Source: Eledone cirrhosa
Lineage: Eukaryota
Assembly: GCA_964016885.1 (NCBI GenBank)
Contig: OZ024741.1
Span: forward strand, 375,906,001 to 375,970,000
DNA: 64,000 nt
Reading direction: 5' to 3'
Shown: in pieces, positions 44,152-57,729 of the stretch
Layout: the number at the start of each line of letters is the position of its first letter
How positions within the stretch are numbered: the first letter of the stretch is position 1
Translations under genes and position numbers: made by a program
The notes under the pieces: model-generated
What the model saw: the letters and a program-made list of their open reading frames with translations, nothing else
Told to the model about the DNA's origin: nothing
Databases searched by the model: none

Positions 44152-44546
44152 TATATATATATACACACACTATATATACACACACTATATATACACACAC
44201 AGATAGCGAAGCCAATGTACAGAATGGTTTTCGTAATGCAGACAGCCAGACATACAGACAGATATTATAAGAGCGCGACCTTATAGCTATGTATCTATCT
44301 AAAAAGACAGACTAAGAAAGAGAGAGATCGCTAACCGGAAGAGTTGACATCTGAAAATTTTAAAGAAGTGAACATTTAAATAAACAATAAAATATCTTTA
44401 ATCTTTCAACTAAATTTAGTAGACAAAAATACCCTCACGTTCTTTTCTTACTTGTAAAAATTTACATCTATGGTGCAAATTTGGTGCTGTTTGGTCCAGC
44501 CGTTTGGCAAAAAGTTTGTTACATACATACGGCCGTCAGCTTTATA

Positions 44547-44556
<10 letters not shown>
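42716..44556 (-). mobile_element. Probable non-autonomous Helitron (may be composite)
   Basis: Minus strand starts TATATTATAAAG..(GTAT)n..AAACGGCTGGACC..CCAAATTTG, like Lep1-type Helitron 5' ends, and ends with a GC hairpin + CTAG|T. Confidence 0.6.
43047..43743. repeat. 27/32-bp minisatellite (AGTATTACTGTTGAAAATATATAGTAT)n
   Basis: Direct reading. Confidence 0.93.
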
Positions 44557-44612
<56 letters not shown>

Positions 44613-44769
44613 AGTGGAAGCTTAGTAAAATCGAAGTTTTGGCTGTGGCCAAGCTAACGATATACAATTAGGAATGTGCAGCAAAGTACTCGATAATGTT
44701 GTAGGCCTTAGAGTAATAACATAATACCAAACCAACGAAAAAACTAATCAGGTTATATATATATATGTA

Positions 44770-46985
44770 TGTAAAAGGTAAATAGAAATAACAACACAAT
44801 CGGTACAGTATATGGAAGGGATATATTAGGTTAACGCTTGATATAGCAGGAAGAGCGGATTAACGTTTCGGACGCTAGTCGTTCATCAGAAGAAAGAATG
44901 AGAAATAAGATAGATTGAGGAGACGGGCGGGTTAGAATTGGAAAAAATGTCTTTAGCTAAAAATAACAGGTCCATTCATGTTGACATCTCTTGCAAAACT
45001 GTTGGTGCTGGCGTTTTGTGTATGATTTATTTTTTAGAACAGTGAATGATGGAGCGCGTCTATCTGAAATGGAGAAAAAAAAATCGTTTTATAAAAAGAG
45101 CTATACTTGTGCACGTGCGAAAGCATATATGTGTGTGTATGTGTGTGTGTTATTATACGTCCATACGAAACTAAGAGGAAATGTGTGTGTATATGTAAGT
45201 AAAAGAGTGTGTGTGCATATAAGTACGAAGCTATGAGCAAAAGTATGTTAATATAAGGGTGTGTATGTGTGTATACAGAGCAGTGAAGGGAAAAGTGGAG
45301 TGAGCATATTTAGTCGGTCTGTATTAGTTGTAAGAGAAAATGTTAATGATCAAGAGAGAGCGATAGGAATCTAGGGGTGAATGTACAAGCGTATGTGATA
45401 ATGGACGGGGTATTAAAGAAATTGGGGAAGTGAGTTGAGTCCAAGAGGCGAATAGGACCTAAGGCGGTGAATCAGACTTTGTTCAGTCCTGGTGCACGAG
45501 GCCTGTGATCCATGATGTAAAAGAACACCAGGACTGAAACATGTAGGGAAGAGTCACCAGGAGAACAGAAATGACGGGCGACAGGAGTATCCAAACCGAA
45601 TCGTATGTCCCTCAAATGCTCAGCTAAACGGTCTGCCAACCGGCGTCCCGTTTGTCCGATGTATAAAGACCCGCAAAGGGAACACCGGAGGGCATAAAGA
45701 ACGTGGATGGATGTGCAGGTGAAAGAGTGGTGGATACGGAAACACCCGTTAGGGTATGTAAGAATGGTGAGGGTGGAAATGAAGGGACAAGTGTTGCAGC
45801 GGGAACGAGAACAAGGATGAGAGCCGGGTGGAGTCTTGGGAGAGGACGAGAAGGAACTGCGAACCAGGAGGTCGCGGAGGTTGCGTGCGCGCTTAAAAGC
45901 AGTAATGGGTGGGTATGGAAAAAAGCGAGAAGTGACGGGGTCAGAAGAGAGGATGCGGAAGGAACGGAGAATATGTCGCCGGAGTGGTACGGTGATGGGG
46001 TGGTAGGTGAGAGGGAAAGGAAGGTGGGTGTTGGGAGGGCATTGGTGACGTGGAATGGCTGTGGTGCGGTCTGTTTTACGGGCGCGGGTGAGAGCTACTT
46101 GGATCAGGGTGGGGGATATCCAAGCTGGATGAAGCAGCAAGCCATGTGAAGCGAATGGGTTTCGAAATCGTCGTCCTAGCTACAGAGCCGACGAAGACGG
46201 AGGAAGTGGGAATAGGGTATTGAGTGTTTGGTGTGGGTTGGGTGGGAGGAGGTGAAGTCGAGGTAAGATTGGGAGTCTGTTGGTTTAATGAAGATGGAAG
46301 TAGAGAGGATGTGATGAGAGTGATTAATAGATAGAGAGATATCTAGAAAAGCGGCAGAAGAATCGGAGACGGAGGCGGTGAAAGTGAGAGCAGGATGGAA
46401 AGATTGGACAAAAGAAAGCAGTCGAGCTGTTCTCGTGATAGAGAGGTGGCGCCGATACAGTCGTCGATATAACGACCGTATAGCTCAGGAGTCAGTCCAG
46501 CGTACTGGGAGAAGATCTAGGCTTCGACGTAGCCAACAAACAAGTTGGCATAGTTTGGATCCATTCTGGTTCCCATCGTTACCCCAGAGACCTGGTGATA
46601 GAATTCGCCGGAAAAGGAAAAGCCATTGAGCGTGAGAACAAGTTCAGCCAGACGGAGAAGAGTGATAGTGCTGGAGTAAGGGGTAGGGCGTAAATCTAAA
46701 AAATGCTGGAGAGCGCGGAGGCCGTCATCGTGAGGGATGATGGTATAGAGAGAGGTGATGTCCAGGATAAAGAGAAGGCGAGAGGGACCGGGAGGGAAGA
46801 AGAAGGAGTTGAAGAATCTAAGGGCATGATTGGTATCATGGATGTGGGAGGGGAGATTGAGGACCAACAGGGCGAGGATAGTGTCTAAATATTCAGAAAT
46901 TATCTCGGTGGGGAAGTTGCACACAGAAACGATAGGACGGCGGGGATTATTTTGTTTGTGTATTTTGGAAAGGAGGTAGATGGTA
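44770..46985 (-). mobile_element. Penelope-like element (Neptune-like), 5'-truncated, with 3' UTR/pLTR
   Basis: SKIHK..RPIVS, DITSLYT, GVTMGT..YANLF, YIDD; C..C..C linker; LYALRC..LYIGQTGRRL..R..EH. Confidence 0.9.
44861..44895 (-). ncRNA. Minimal hammerhead core in the PLE pLTR
   Basis: CTGATGA-ACGACTAGCGTCC-GAAACGTT; stem I weak. Confidence 0.6.
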
Positions 46986-47273
46986 TATACATATACACAT
47001 ACATATACGCACATACACATGCACATACATACAAACATATAGAAAGAGGGAAGATAAGGACACACCATAACTACATACATATATAAAAATATACTTAAGA
47101 ATTGTAGTAGCTTATATTATCATAGGGCGCAAAATACAAAAAAAAAAAACCTTAATATGTTTGTATGTAGGCACAAGTATAACAATACGAAAATAAAAAA
47201 TGTAGAAAATGGCGCAAAATATATGATAAAACCCTATATATGTGAATGTGTACACACGAACATGGGGTACGGA

Positions 47274-47482
47274 CATATACGATAAAATTTAAAATGGAGG
47301 GAAATGAGATGCATTTTCGTTATTTGATGCTCTTTTATTTCCAGAGAGGAAAAGAAAATGCTGCACAAACAGCGAAAAAGATATGTATAGTTTATGGAGA
47401 TGGTGCCATAGCTGATAGTACTGTTCGCAAGTGGTTCTCTAGGTTTAGATCCCAAAAGTTTGACCTTGAAGATCATGGGTAA
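47274..47482 (+). mobile_element. Mariner transposase N-terminal HTH remnant
   Basis: HFRYLMLFYF..AAQTAKKICIVYGDGAI..TVRKWFSRFRS..FDLED. Confidence 0.8.
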
Positions 47483-47519
47483 TTGGAATACCGATTAACA
47501 TAATTCAAATTTTCGTTAT

Positions 47520-48345
47520 TCTCGTAGCAGGGTTCATATAGGCCAGAGTTGAGGTTTAACGTCACGACGAAGAAATTAGCTAATCTAAAGTTATGGTCGA
47601 AAGATATTTTAAGATATATTAAAGAAAGATCTTATAGCTTTCCTTATTCATTCCAACTGTTGACTGTTGAAATTCTTAACAAGTAGAAGAGCGTCATCTC
47701 TATATTTTCTGCCTTGAAGGCCAACACATTCCAGATGTATGTTGTGTATAAGATAGATTCCGGCAGGTTCCATAACCTGGGCCGACTCGCTCGAATCTAT
47801 GCTTATGTCGAAGTCGTTGTTTCTATCACTACGTATCCAATATTCGTTATTAAACAATATTAGTAAGCGTCTGACAGTATTGTCGCCCAACAGAGTCAAA
47901 TTAATTGCAGTATTTAAAGCAATTCAACGAATCTACACCAAACGAGAGGCTGAAAGGATTAAGACTCTACTCCATTGAGCGACGGCGGGACATATACACA
48001 AATAAGATATATGGAAGAGCGTGGAAGAGCCAGCACCAAACCTTGGATCTAGATTAAGTGTCGGACGCTGCAATAATCTAAACTCTTGAATATGCTGTCA
48101 AAATCTGAGAGATGTATATATGGGGAGGATATAAATGTTTTCTTGAACCATTTCGACATTCTACCACCTAAGACCCCCAGATGACCCATATCACACCAAG
48201 AAGAACGAATGAGGGGGTGTAGTATCAAACTCCCTAAGGCACCAATGGTCAATCCAGGAGGAAGGGCTATATAAAATGTAGAACCAATGGTGGTATCCCA
48301 GCATGGCCTCAGCACGTCGTCTGCAAGGGATAAACGATAAACATA
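47520..48345 (+). mobile_element. Decayed CR1-like LINE 3' part
   Basis: ERLKGLRLYSIERRRD motif at ~47944-47995; 5' boundary uncertain. Confidence 0.55.
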
Positions 48346-49627
48346 TACAAAAAGTATATGTGAAATATATATACAAAAATATACAAAAGTATGCTCTCTA
48401 AATAAGTTATGTATAAAGGATATATACAAAATATCAACATGAAAGAACGTATACTGATGTTTTTCTATGTTGGTTCTAAAGTATTTTATCTAGTAAAAAA
48501 TGTATATGGTAAAATACATAGTCAGTTTAGATAAGGCTATAAGATACTTTTACGTAGGAAATAAAACCCAACATAAAACTTGGAATCAATCCACTATTCA
48601 AAGATATAAGTCGTTTCAAAGATTAGATATATGCAACGATATATCGTAACTGTTTTTGTATATCACGATTAGGTTTTGTCACGTAAATCTTTACAAAGAG
48701 AAGACTATCAGGAAAGAAACAAGCTATGTTACACGGATCCATTCACTTGTAGATTGGAAAATGTTTTTAGTGATTGATATAGGTTGTTTGAGTAAGCGAA
48801 TGCCTCAACGTTAAAGGGTACCGGAAATCCAGCTAATGTGTTGCTGTTTCGTTTCGCTTCTTGTCACCACCACTTGCATTACGTTCATACGTATGTTCAT
48901 AAAGCTCTGTATGACTACAATACTGTAAAGTAGTTTCCCCTTCTAAATATAAGTAGCTATTGTAGACTAAAATCGATACAGGTTTCGTTAGCTTGCAGTA
49001 CTGATTTCAATTTCTCCTCTGCGGGAAAGTTATAATGAACACTTATCTTTTGAGTTGTTACCTAATTGCACAGGTTCAAATATGGTTCCTCCTCAACTGA
49101 ATAGAGTTTCAAACATAGTCTTTTGATATAAGTTTTCTAAAACGCTGGTGAGATATGAGATTAATATTAGATTTTAGCAATTATATTGCTTATGTACATT
49201 TACAAAATATTCTTCACCTCATCAGACATTACACAGTTAGTAAAGCTGTTTCAACCGAACCTCTTGGTGCTCTTGATATAGCAGCCACATTGTCATAATT
49301 AAATTATTAACCACCCTTTAAATAAAGATGATACATTTTAAGACATGATCACAATAAAGATGAGATTAATAAGAGTAGAATACTTATTCATTTTATATAA
49401 ATGTTTGATAAAAAAATCAGCAACTAAATTATTTTCAGAACAAAAAGCATCAAAAAGGTTTTGTTAGAAAAAAAAGTATCCCATTCAATGTTAAGAAAAG
49501 TGAGTCACTGTAAAACTAAACGGTTTGCACAAAAGCCTAGCAATGTAATGGCAGAGGATTTTAACGCAGAAACCTTCTAACTCCTTGATCTAGAAAGTGG
49601 TCGATATCTACGTTTCTCCCCCCCCCC

Positions 49628-49662
<35 letters not shown>

Positions 49663-50591
49663 AATAGATGCGTGCGGGCGTGTGTGTGCGTGTATGTGTG
49701 TGTGCGTGTATGTGTATGTGTGTGTGCGTGTATGTGTGTGTGTGCATGCGACTGTGTGTGTGCGCGTGTGCGCGCAGGCGAGTAGGTTTGTTCGTTTGTT
49801 TGTGCAGAGGTTTGGAGAATGTACAAATATGTGTATGAATTTCTGCGTATACATACATACATAGGAGTAGTCGAAAGGAGCTATATAGAAAAGGAGGCGG
49901 TAGCAAATATGATCGTTGCTTTTATATTTCATTTCGTAATAAGAGAAGCTGCTTAGATTCGGGTACGACGATATAGCAGTACAACCGCAAACGGCGAAAC
50001 TACGAAATGTGAAGTCACTACGTGTAAGGAGGAGGATAGAGCCAGGAAATGGTGGGGTGGAGTAAATGTTATCAAATATACAACGGCGACGGTGGCACTG
50101 AGTGCCATGCGACTACAGTCGGGCGTGCAAGAGATACAAGTACACATGCACCTTCAAGCGTATCCCTGGAATGAATGTGTATGTAGTGGCTGCGGGCGTG
50201 TGCACATGTACCTGCATGCACGAGGAAGTGTAGGACTTTGAGGGTTATATCTATGCAAAGGTAGATGTGTGTTGGCTGGTATATACGGGTGCAATAAATA
50301 TGGGTGTGTATTGTGTATTGGCTAGAGTTGTGTGTGTGTATGTGCATGTGTTTGTGTGTGAGTGCAAGGGTAAAAGGAGATTATAGAAACAGTGGGGGTA
50401 TAGAGTCCATTCGGAAAAGTAGTTTCAACGCGAAACATTATGTTCTGCTTAGTCCTCTCCCAATCTCACCGAGGAAAACGGCAATCCGGTGATCGAAGTC
50501 TTCACGGTGACCTGCATGAAAAGGAAGCGGTCGGTCCACTCTCGGTACTTGAATACTTGTGTGTGAGTGCGTGCGTGTGTGCGTGTGTGTA

Positions 50592-50665
<74 letters not shown>

Positions 50666-50690
50666 CACACACACGCACACACGCACACAT

Positions 50691-50743
<53 letters not shown>

Positions 50744-50940
50744 TTTTCCTGAGTTCAGTTTTTTTCGTTGCTATGACAATGCGGCTGGACTGCCGGTCGC
50801 TATATTTGATTTGCAAAGCTGTCTAAACGTATTGTAATAACTCTGGGGTATTATTCTCCATCGAGTACTAAGCTGCATTCCGAATCTGCATTCGTTAGCT
50901 TAGCCGCAGCCTAAAGCTTCGTTAATACTGTACTAAAATT

Positions 50941-50994
<54 letters not shown>

Positions 50995-50996
<2 letters not shown>

Positions 50997-51370
50997 CCTG
51001 AACATGGAACCTCGTTCTTCCCCCAACTCTCACATTCACATACACACACACACGTACACCTACACACATGAACAAACACCACCTTCAGCCCTCTCCGCTC
51101 GGACGCCCACCTCCCCCTCTTATTTTTATTTCTATTTTTATTTGCACTTTTAAAAAAGTTTCTTTACATGTCTTTCCACCACTCCCCCACACACCCTCGG
51201 AACTCTCTTCCTAGCCACTGTTCTCCTGATGAAGGATTATGCCCGAAACGTCGTCACCCACCCCAACTCTCAAGCGTGAAACTAAAAACCATATCATTTG
51301 TACTGCCTCTCTGTTTTTTGTTCTCTACAGCGGTCTCTGTCCATGATGATTGTACCATATAAAGACATGC
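50995..51370 (+). mobile_element. Solo PLE pLTR-like piece with hammerhead core (51226-51252)
   Basis: CTGATGA-AGGATTATGCCC-GAAACGTC; (TA)n flanks. Confidence 0.6.
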
Positions 51371-51399
51371 GTATATATATATATATATGTATATATATA

Positions 51400-51482
<83 letters not shown>

Positions 51483-51502
51483 TTATTTATATATATATAT
51501 AT

Positions 51503-51557
<55 letters not shown>

Positions 51558-51563
<6 letters not shown>

Positions 51564-52180
51564 ATTTAGTATATCTACTAACATATGCGTACAGATGTAC
51601 GCTAATGCCAGCAAATACACAGGTTATGTCATAGTACCTAGGTGGTTCAATGCAGGAGGATGCAGAACAATAATATAAAAGACGTAAAATAAGAAAATTT
51701 AAAAAAAAATTTAAAAAATTAACTTACTAAAATTTTCACTCCAACTAATTAGTTTCTGCAATGGGATAAAGACAGTTACGTAATAAACTGTTGAGAATTC
51801 ATTGCGTCGTCAGGGAGGTCTATTCTCAGCTAAGTCTCCAGGCAATGCGCGGACACTGGGGACTCATATAAAAATAATAATAATTCGGTAAATGGAACAG
51901 CTAGCGGGGACTGGATTCCATGCACTGAAAATCTCGCTGTCACTGGTCAAATGGCAGATTCTAAAGAATCAATCACGTGACACTGAGGCTAGTCGGTAGG
52001 AGTGGGATGGTAAGATGACAGAAGCCTACTAACACACCAAAAAATTAGTAGTGGTTTTGGCAGGTTTGCTCGACAAATAAGTGATTTGGACATAAATATA
52101 GAGAATTTAGTATATCTACTAACATAAGCGTACAGATGTACGCTAATGCCAGCAAATACACAGGTTATGTCATAGTACCT
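51558..52180 (-). mobile_element. Non-coding ~540-bp unit plus ~80-bp direct terminal repeat, carrying a hammerhead
   Basis: AGAGAATTTAGTATATCTAC..GTCATAGTACCT occurs at ~51558 and ~52100. Confidence 0.8.
51739..51817 (-). ncRNA. Type I hammerhead ribozyme
   Basis: CTCC-CTGACGA-CGCAATG..CATTGCA-GAA-ACTAATTAGT-T-GGAG. Confidence 0.75.
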
Positions 52181-52207
52181 ATATATATATATATTTATAT
52201 ATATATA

Positions 52208-53770
52208 GAATAGAATGAAACGAAATTTCATTTCTCACTCTTAGGACGGCACTTACTTAAATGCAAGTATGTATGTATGTATGTATGTATGTATGTATGT
52301 ATGTATGTATGTATGTATGTATGTATGTATGTATGTATGTATGTATGTATGTATGTATGTATACGTACATACATATATGTATACAGACGTACAGTAGTAT
52401 GTATATATATACACACATGCACACATATATATATGCAGGTATCGGTTTACCGAACATTTATTATAATGCTCGGTTTGTTTGTAAACAAACAAACAGCCCG
52501 AATTACGCTGTACAGTGTTTAGGCAACCACGTCATCTTTTTGTTCAACACTGACACAGGAACAATGTACTTGTTTCAAGCTTATTAGCTATCGTCAGCAT
52601 CGTATACCTTCCTGCCAGATGGTTGAACGCCTGGAAGTATATACTTTCCTTATGCATATTAACGGCTGAGCAGCCTAATTTGCATATCGAGTGAGTTCAG
52701 TAGGCCGGGCACACCGAAAACGATAAATGGAATAGAATGAAGCGAAATTTCATTTCTCACTCTTAGTACGGCACTTACTTAAATGTAAGTATGTATGTAT
52801 GTATACGTACATACATATATGTATACAGACGTACAGTAGTATGTATATATATACACACATGCACACATATATATATGCAGGTATCGGTTTACCGAACATT
52901 TATTATAATGCTCGGTTTGTTTGTTTATAAACAAACAAGCAGCCCGAATTACGCCATACAGTGTTTAGGCAACCACGTCACCTTTTTGTTCAACACTGAC
53001 ACAGGAACGATGTACTAGTTTCAAGCTTATTAGCTATCGTCAGCATCGTATACCGTCCTGCCAGATGGTTGAACGTCTGAAAGTATATACTTTCCTTATG
53101 CATATTAACGGCTGAGCAGCCTAATTTGCATATCGAGTGAGTTCAGTAGGTCGGGCAGTAGTGTATACAGACGTACAGTAGTATGTTTACAATCAAACAA
53201 ACTGAGCATTATAATAAATGTTCGGTAAATCGATACCTGCATATATATATGTGTGCATGTGTGCATATATATATACATACTACTGTACGTCTGTATACAT
53301 ATATGTATGTACGTATACATACATACATACTTACATTTAAGTAAGTGCCGTACTAAGAGTGAGAAATGAAATTTCGTTTCATTCTATTCCATTTATCGTT
53401 TTCGGTGTGCCCGGCCGACTAAACTCACTCGATATGCAAATTAGGCTGCTTAGCCGTTAATATGCATAAGGAAAGTATATACTTTCAGACGTTCAACCAT
53501 CTGGCAGGAAGGTATACGATGCTGACGATAGCTAATAAGCTTGAAACAAGTACATTGTTCCTGTGTCAGTGTTGAACAAAAAGGTGACGTGGTTGCCTAA
53601 ACACTGTACGGCGTAATTCGGGCTGTTTGTTTGTTTACAAACAAACCGAGCATTATAATAAATGTTCCGTAAACGGATACGTGCATATATATATATATGT
53701 GCATGTATGTATATATATACATACTACTGTACGTCTGTATACATATATGTATGTACGTATACATACATAA
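52208..53770. mobile_element. Retrozyme-like tandem repeat, family F: two units on -, then ~1.3 inverted units on +
   Basis: Units start at 52208 and 52730; inversion at ~53160-53185; hammerheads at 52561-52603(-), 53007-53049(-) and 53516-53558(+). Confidence 0.85.
53007..53049 (-). ncRNA. Minimal type I hammerhead with palindromic stem III
   Basis: ACGATG-CTGACGA-TAGCTAATAAGCTT-GAA-ACTAGT-A-CATCGT. Confidence 0.85.
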
Positions 53771-54079
53771 ATATATATATATATACATATATAATGTTGA
53801 ATCTATAATTTTAGATGTCTCACACAGAAGCTGTCATTAGAAAAAGCAACACAAAACAAAACAAACCACTAAAAAGTAAACCAAACAAGAAACTGTTTTC
53901 TATAAGTACAGTAGTACCGTTGTTTATTAGATTTTTGAGTGGTGTTTTTTTATGTGACAACGTTGTACAATCTATGAAGATATGAGGCAAGGAAATATAA
54001 TGTCAGCAAAAGTGTTAAAAATATTCAAGAAAAAGAAAATGATGTAAAATAAAACAGTAAAGTAAGAGAGAGAGAGAGA

Positions 54080-55560
54080 GAGAGATATGAAAGAACGCAT
54101 AACGGACAAGTACAAAATTATTACTCCAATAGCAGAAATAACATCTACAATAACAATAACATCGACAACGTCAACAACATCAATAACACCAACAACAACA
54201 ACATCAACAACATCAACAACATCAACAACAACAACCACAACAACAGCAACATCAATAACAGCAACATCAACAAAAACAACAGCAACATCAATAGTAACAA
54301 CAACAGCTATTGCCAAAAAATAACAAAAACAAAAAAGAAACACAAAACAAAACATAAAATCAACAAGAAAAACAAAACCAGACGAAACAAAAACTAACAA
54401 CAAAAATAATAAAAAAAAAAACAGAAAAAGATGATGAGAAAATAAGAGAAAGCATAACAATTTAAAGTTACTACTTCAATAGTAACAGCAACAACATCAA
54501 TAGCGACGATGACAATGCCCCCCCCCCCAAAAAAAAAATACCCCACCCCTCCCCCAAAAAAGATCCTCAACAAAAACAAAACGAAGTAAAACGATAAAGC
54601 AAATGTAACAAAAAATCTAATAAAAAAATACCTAAACATCCACAAGAAAAGTTGTATAGCAACATGGACACAGCTTCACCAGCAAATATTAGTAATAACA
54701 GCAATAGTAACAACAACAACAACGACAACAATAACAACAGCAACAGCAACAAGTCAAACAAGTCAAACAACAACAAGAACAAGTCAAACAAGTCAAACAA
54801 CAACAACAACATCAACAACAATAACAACAGCAACAGCAATAACAACAAGTCAAACAACAAGCCAAATAATAACAACAACAATAACAACAGCAACAAGTCA
54901 AACATATCAAACAACAACAAGTCAAACCACAACAACAACAAAAACAGCAACAACAATAACAACAAAAACAATAACAACAACAGCAACAACAATAACAATA
55001 GCCAGAGCAATGATTCAATGGATAAAAAAAGAGAAATCTGTAATAGTTACATGAACACGAATTGCAAGCAATGTTATACCAAAGCTATTGTAGACGTGTA
55101 GAAAAGACTGTCACGTTGGAGAGTAGTTGGTAACAGTGTGTTAGGGGAGAGGAAGAGAGACAGAGAGAAAGAAAGAGAGAGAGAAAGAGAGGGGGAGGAG
55201 GAGAGAAAGAGAGAGAGAGGGAAGAAGAGAGAACAAGAGAGAAAACGAGAGAGAGAGAGAAGGGGGGAGGAAGAGAGAAGAAGAGAGAAAACGAGAGAGA
55301 GAGAAAGAGACAGATAAAGAGAGAGGAGAGAGAAAGAGAAAGAGACAAAGAGAGAAAGAGAGAGAGTGAAAGAGAAAGAGAGAAAGAGAGAGGAGAGAGA
55401 AAGAGAAAGAGACAAAGAGAGAGAGTGAAAGAGAAAGAGAGAAAGAGAGAGGAGAGAAAGGAGAGAGAAAGAGAAAGAGAGAAAGAGAGAGAGAAAGGGA
55501 AAGAGATAAAGAGATAAAGGAAGATAATGAGTGCGAGAGAGAGAAAGCGAGAGAAAGAGA
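54080..55560. repeat. Low-complexity (AAC)-rich then (GA)-rich tracts
   Basis: Direct reading. Confidence 0.85.
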
Positions 55561-55679
55561 AAGTGTTATGGTGACGTTTTAAGTAATCCAAGACTAACAA
55601 ATCTTTATGGATGGTAAGAATCTTTGTGCAAAATATGTATTTTTCCAAATCACCGATGATTATATTATCTGGGTTGATT

Positions 55680-56110
55680 CGGTCATCAGGCGCCTTGGAC
55701 TGGCGATAAAGGAAAGGAAATACCTTTCTAGGGTATTATCCAAGGCAGCTGAGAAAGCGAGTTACTACATCTGGCTCAAAAGAGAAGATAAATGATGCGC
55801 TTGATACATTGAGGTGGATGGAGACGTCTCGCTCAGAGTCATATCATCAGGCTCATAAAATTTCATGATGTTCTGATAAGTTGAAATGGACAAAGTCACA
55901 TCAGAATCACCAAAGATTGTTCTGTTGTGCAGGTGTTTTATCACCTACATAATCGATGGGTAGTCCCGAGTAGCTCTGGTGTCGCGGTAGAAGGGACCAA
56001 AACACCTACAAAGCTACTTCACCGTCTGATGAGACATCCGCTCATGCATTCAGAGACGTAGAACTGTGTTTACCAAGTATTTGAGCATTGAACTTATAAA
56101 TAAGACATTT
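55680..56110 (+). mobile_element. 3' end of an RLE-type LINE (HERO-like)
   Basis: C-terminus LSKAAEKASYYIWLKREDK*; 3' UTR GACCAAAACACC..CTGATGAG. Confidence 0.55.
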
Positions 56111-56334
56111 AAAATAGAGTATTTAACTTTAAAATTTGGTGGTTGTATCTGATTCTGTGTATTATGCATGGTCCCGTAACTCCACAGAGAGTCGTAGCGG
56201 CACCGTTGTGACATACAGCATTTCTAGGGCATTTTATGCCTGCCGGCGCCTCTCCAGGTCTGAATGCAGCAGATATCTTCCAGAGAACGTTAGAGAGAGT
56301 GAAAGAATGGAAGTGAGAAAGAGATATAGAGGAA

Positions 56335-56490
56335 GAATCAACCCCAGTACTAGACTGGTACTTTTTTTTATCGACCTTCAATGGATGAAAGGAAAAGTTG
56401 ACTTCGGTGGGGTTTGAGCAGAGAGTTGAAACTAATACCACAGAGCATTCTATACGACGTTCTAACGACTCTGCCAATGCACTATCAGTT
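56335..56490 (-). mobile_element. tRNA-derived SINE
   Basis: Reverse-complement homolog of 56593-56812. Confidence 0.75.
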
Positions 56491-56592
56491 GTATCTGATT
56501 AGACCGTTGAATTCAGTCAAAGTAACAAGGGGATCAACATCATCAACAGCTCTAGAAATATTTATAATAACAATTATTAATTATTTATTTCA

Positions 56593-56812
56593 GGGCGGTG
56601 GATTGGCAGTATCGGTAGAGGTTCGGACGCCATGCTTTGCAGAATAGAGTTACAGCCCTTTATGATCTGAGTTCAAATCCCGCTGATGTTAACTTTGCCT
56701 TTCATCCTTACGAGGTCGATAAAATAAAGTACCAGTCACACACTAGGGTAGATTTTAATCGACTTTCCCATCCCTCAAAATTGCTGGCCTTGTCCCTATA
56801 TAAGAAACCATT
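56593..56812 (+). mobile_element. tRNA-derived SINE, near full length (further pieces 56878-56972 and ~57425-57590 on -)
   Basis: A-box TGGCAGTATCGG, B-box GTTCAAATCC, central GCCTTTCATCC..GAGGTCGATAAAATAAAGTACC. Confidence 0.8.
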
Positions 56813-57729
56813 GTTTATTTATTTTTGTTTTTTACTTTTATTTTTATATAATGATAATAAAGCCATTGCTGCAAAAAGAATTGTTTCTACTTTTGGCACA
56901 AGGCCAGCAATTATCCAAGTGTATTACTGGTACTTTATTTTATCGACCCCGTAAGGATGAAAGGCAAAGTTTAACCTTACCAAAATAGCAACAGCAGTAG
57001 CTACAACAATAGTACTATTAGCAACAATCTAATCATCAACGAGTCCTGAACTGTTGATAAACTTGTATGGACACCTACATACGGTATGTCTTGCAACTCT
57101 AAACACAAGTGATTTCTTCCAGAGCGAAAGTGTATGCGTGTGTGTGTGTATGTGTGTTATTGTCTGTGTGTGTATGTGTGTTATTATGTGTGTGTGTGTG
57201 TATGTGTGTTATTGTATGTGTGTGTGTATGTGCGCATGTAAGATATATATATATATATATATATAAAGAGAGAGAGAGAGGAAGAGAGAGAGAGAGAAGA
57301 AGAAGAAGAAGAAGAAGAAGAAGAAGAAGAAGAAGAAGAAGAAGAAGAAGAAGAAGAAGAAGAAGAAGAGAAAAGCCAGGGTGAGAGAGCGCGAGTAAGA
57401 GAAGATGAGAAAGCGAAATATAGATAGGGGAATAATCGACCCTATTAACAAACACTTTATTTATTTACCCTGAAAATATGAAAGGCAATGGTAACCTCGG
57501 CTGGATTGGAATTCACAGCACAGAGAGTCAGAACAGACATCGCAATGCATTCTATTCAATGTTTTAAAGGCGCTGTCAATTCGCTGTCTATTTAATAAAA
57601 TTACAATCAAACGAAAAACCAAAAGGTTGATAGTAATTACTCTGGCATACTAAAAATAAATGTTGTTGATATCCTATATGTAATACTACTACTAACTACT
57701 TTGACTCTAAACTCCGCCAGTTGTAGACT

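Noticed and set aside
54652-55101. 149-aa Asn-rich ORF
   Set aside because: Open frame is explained by (AAC)n low complexity; no domain.
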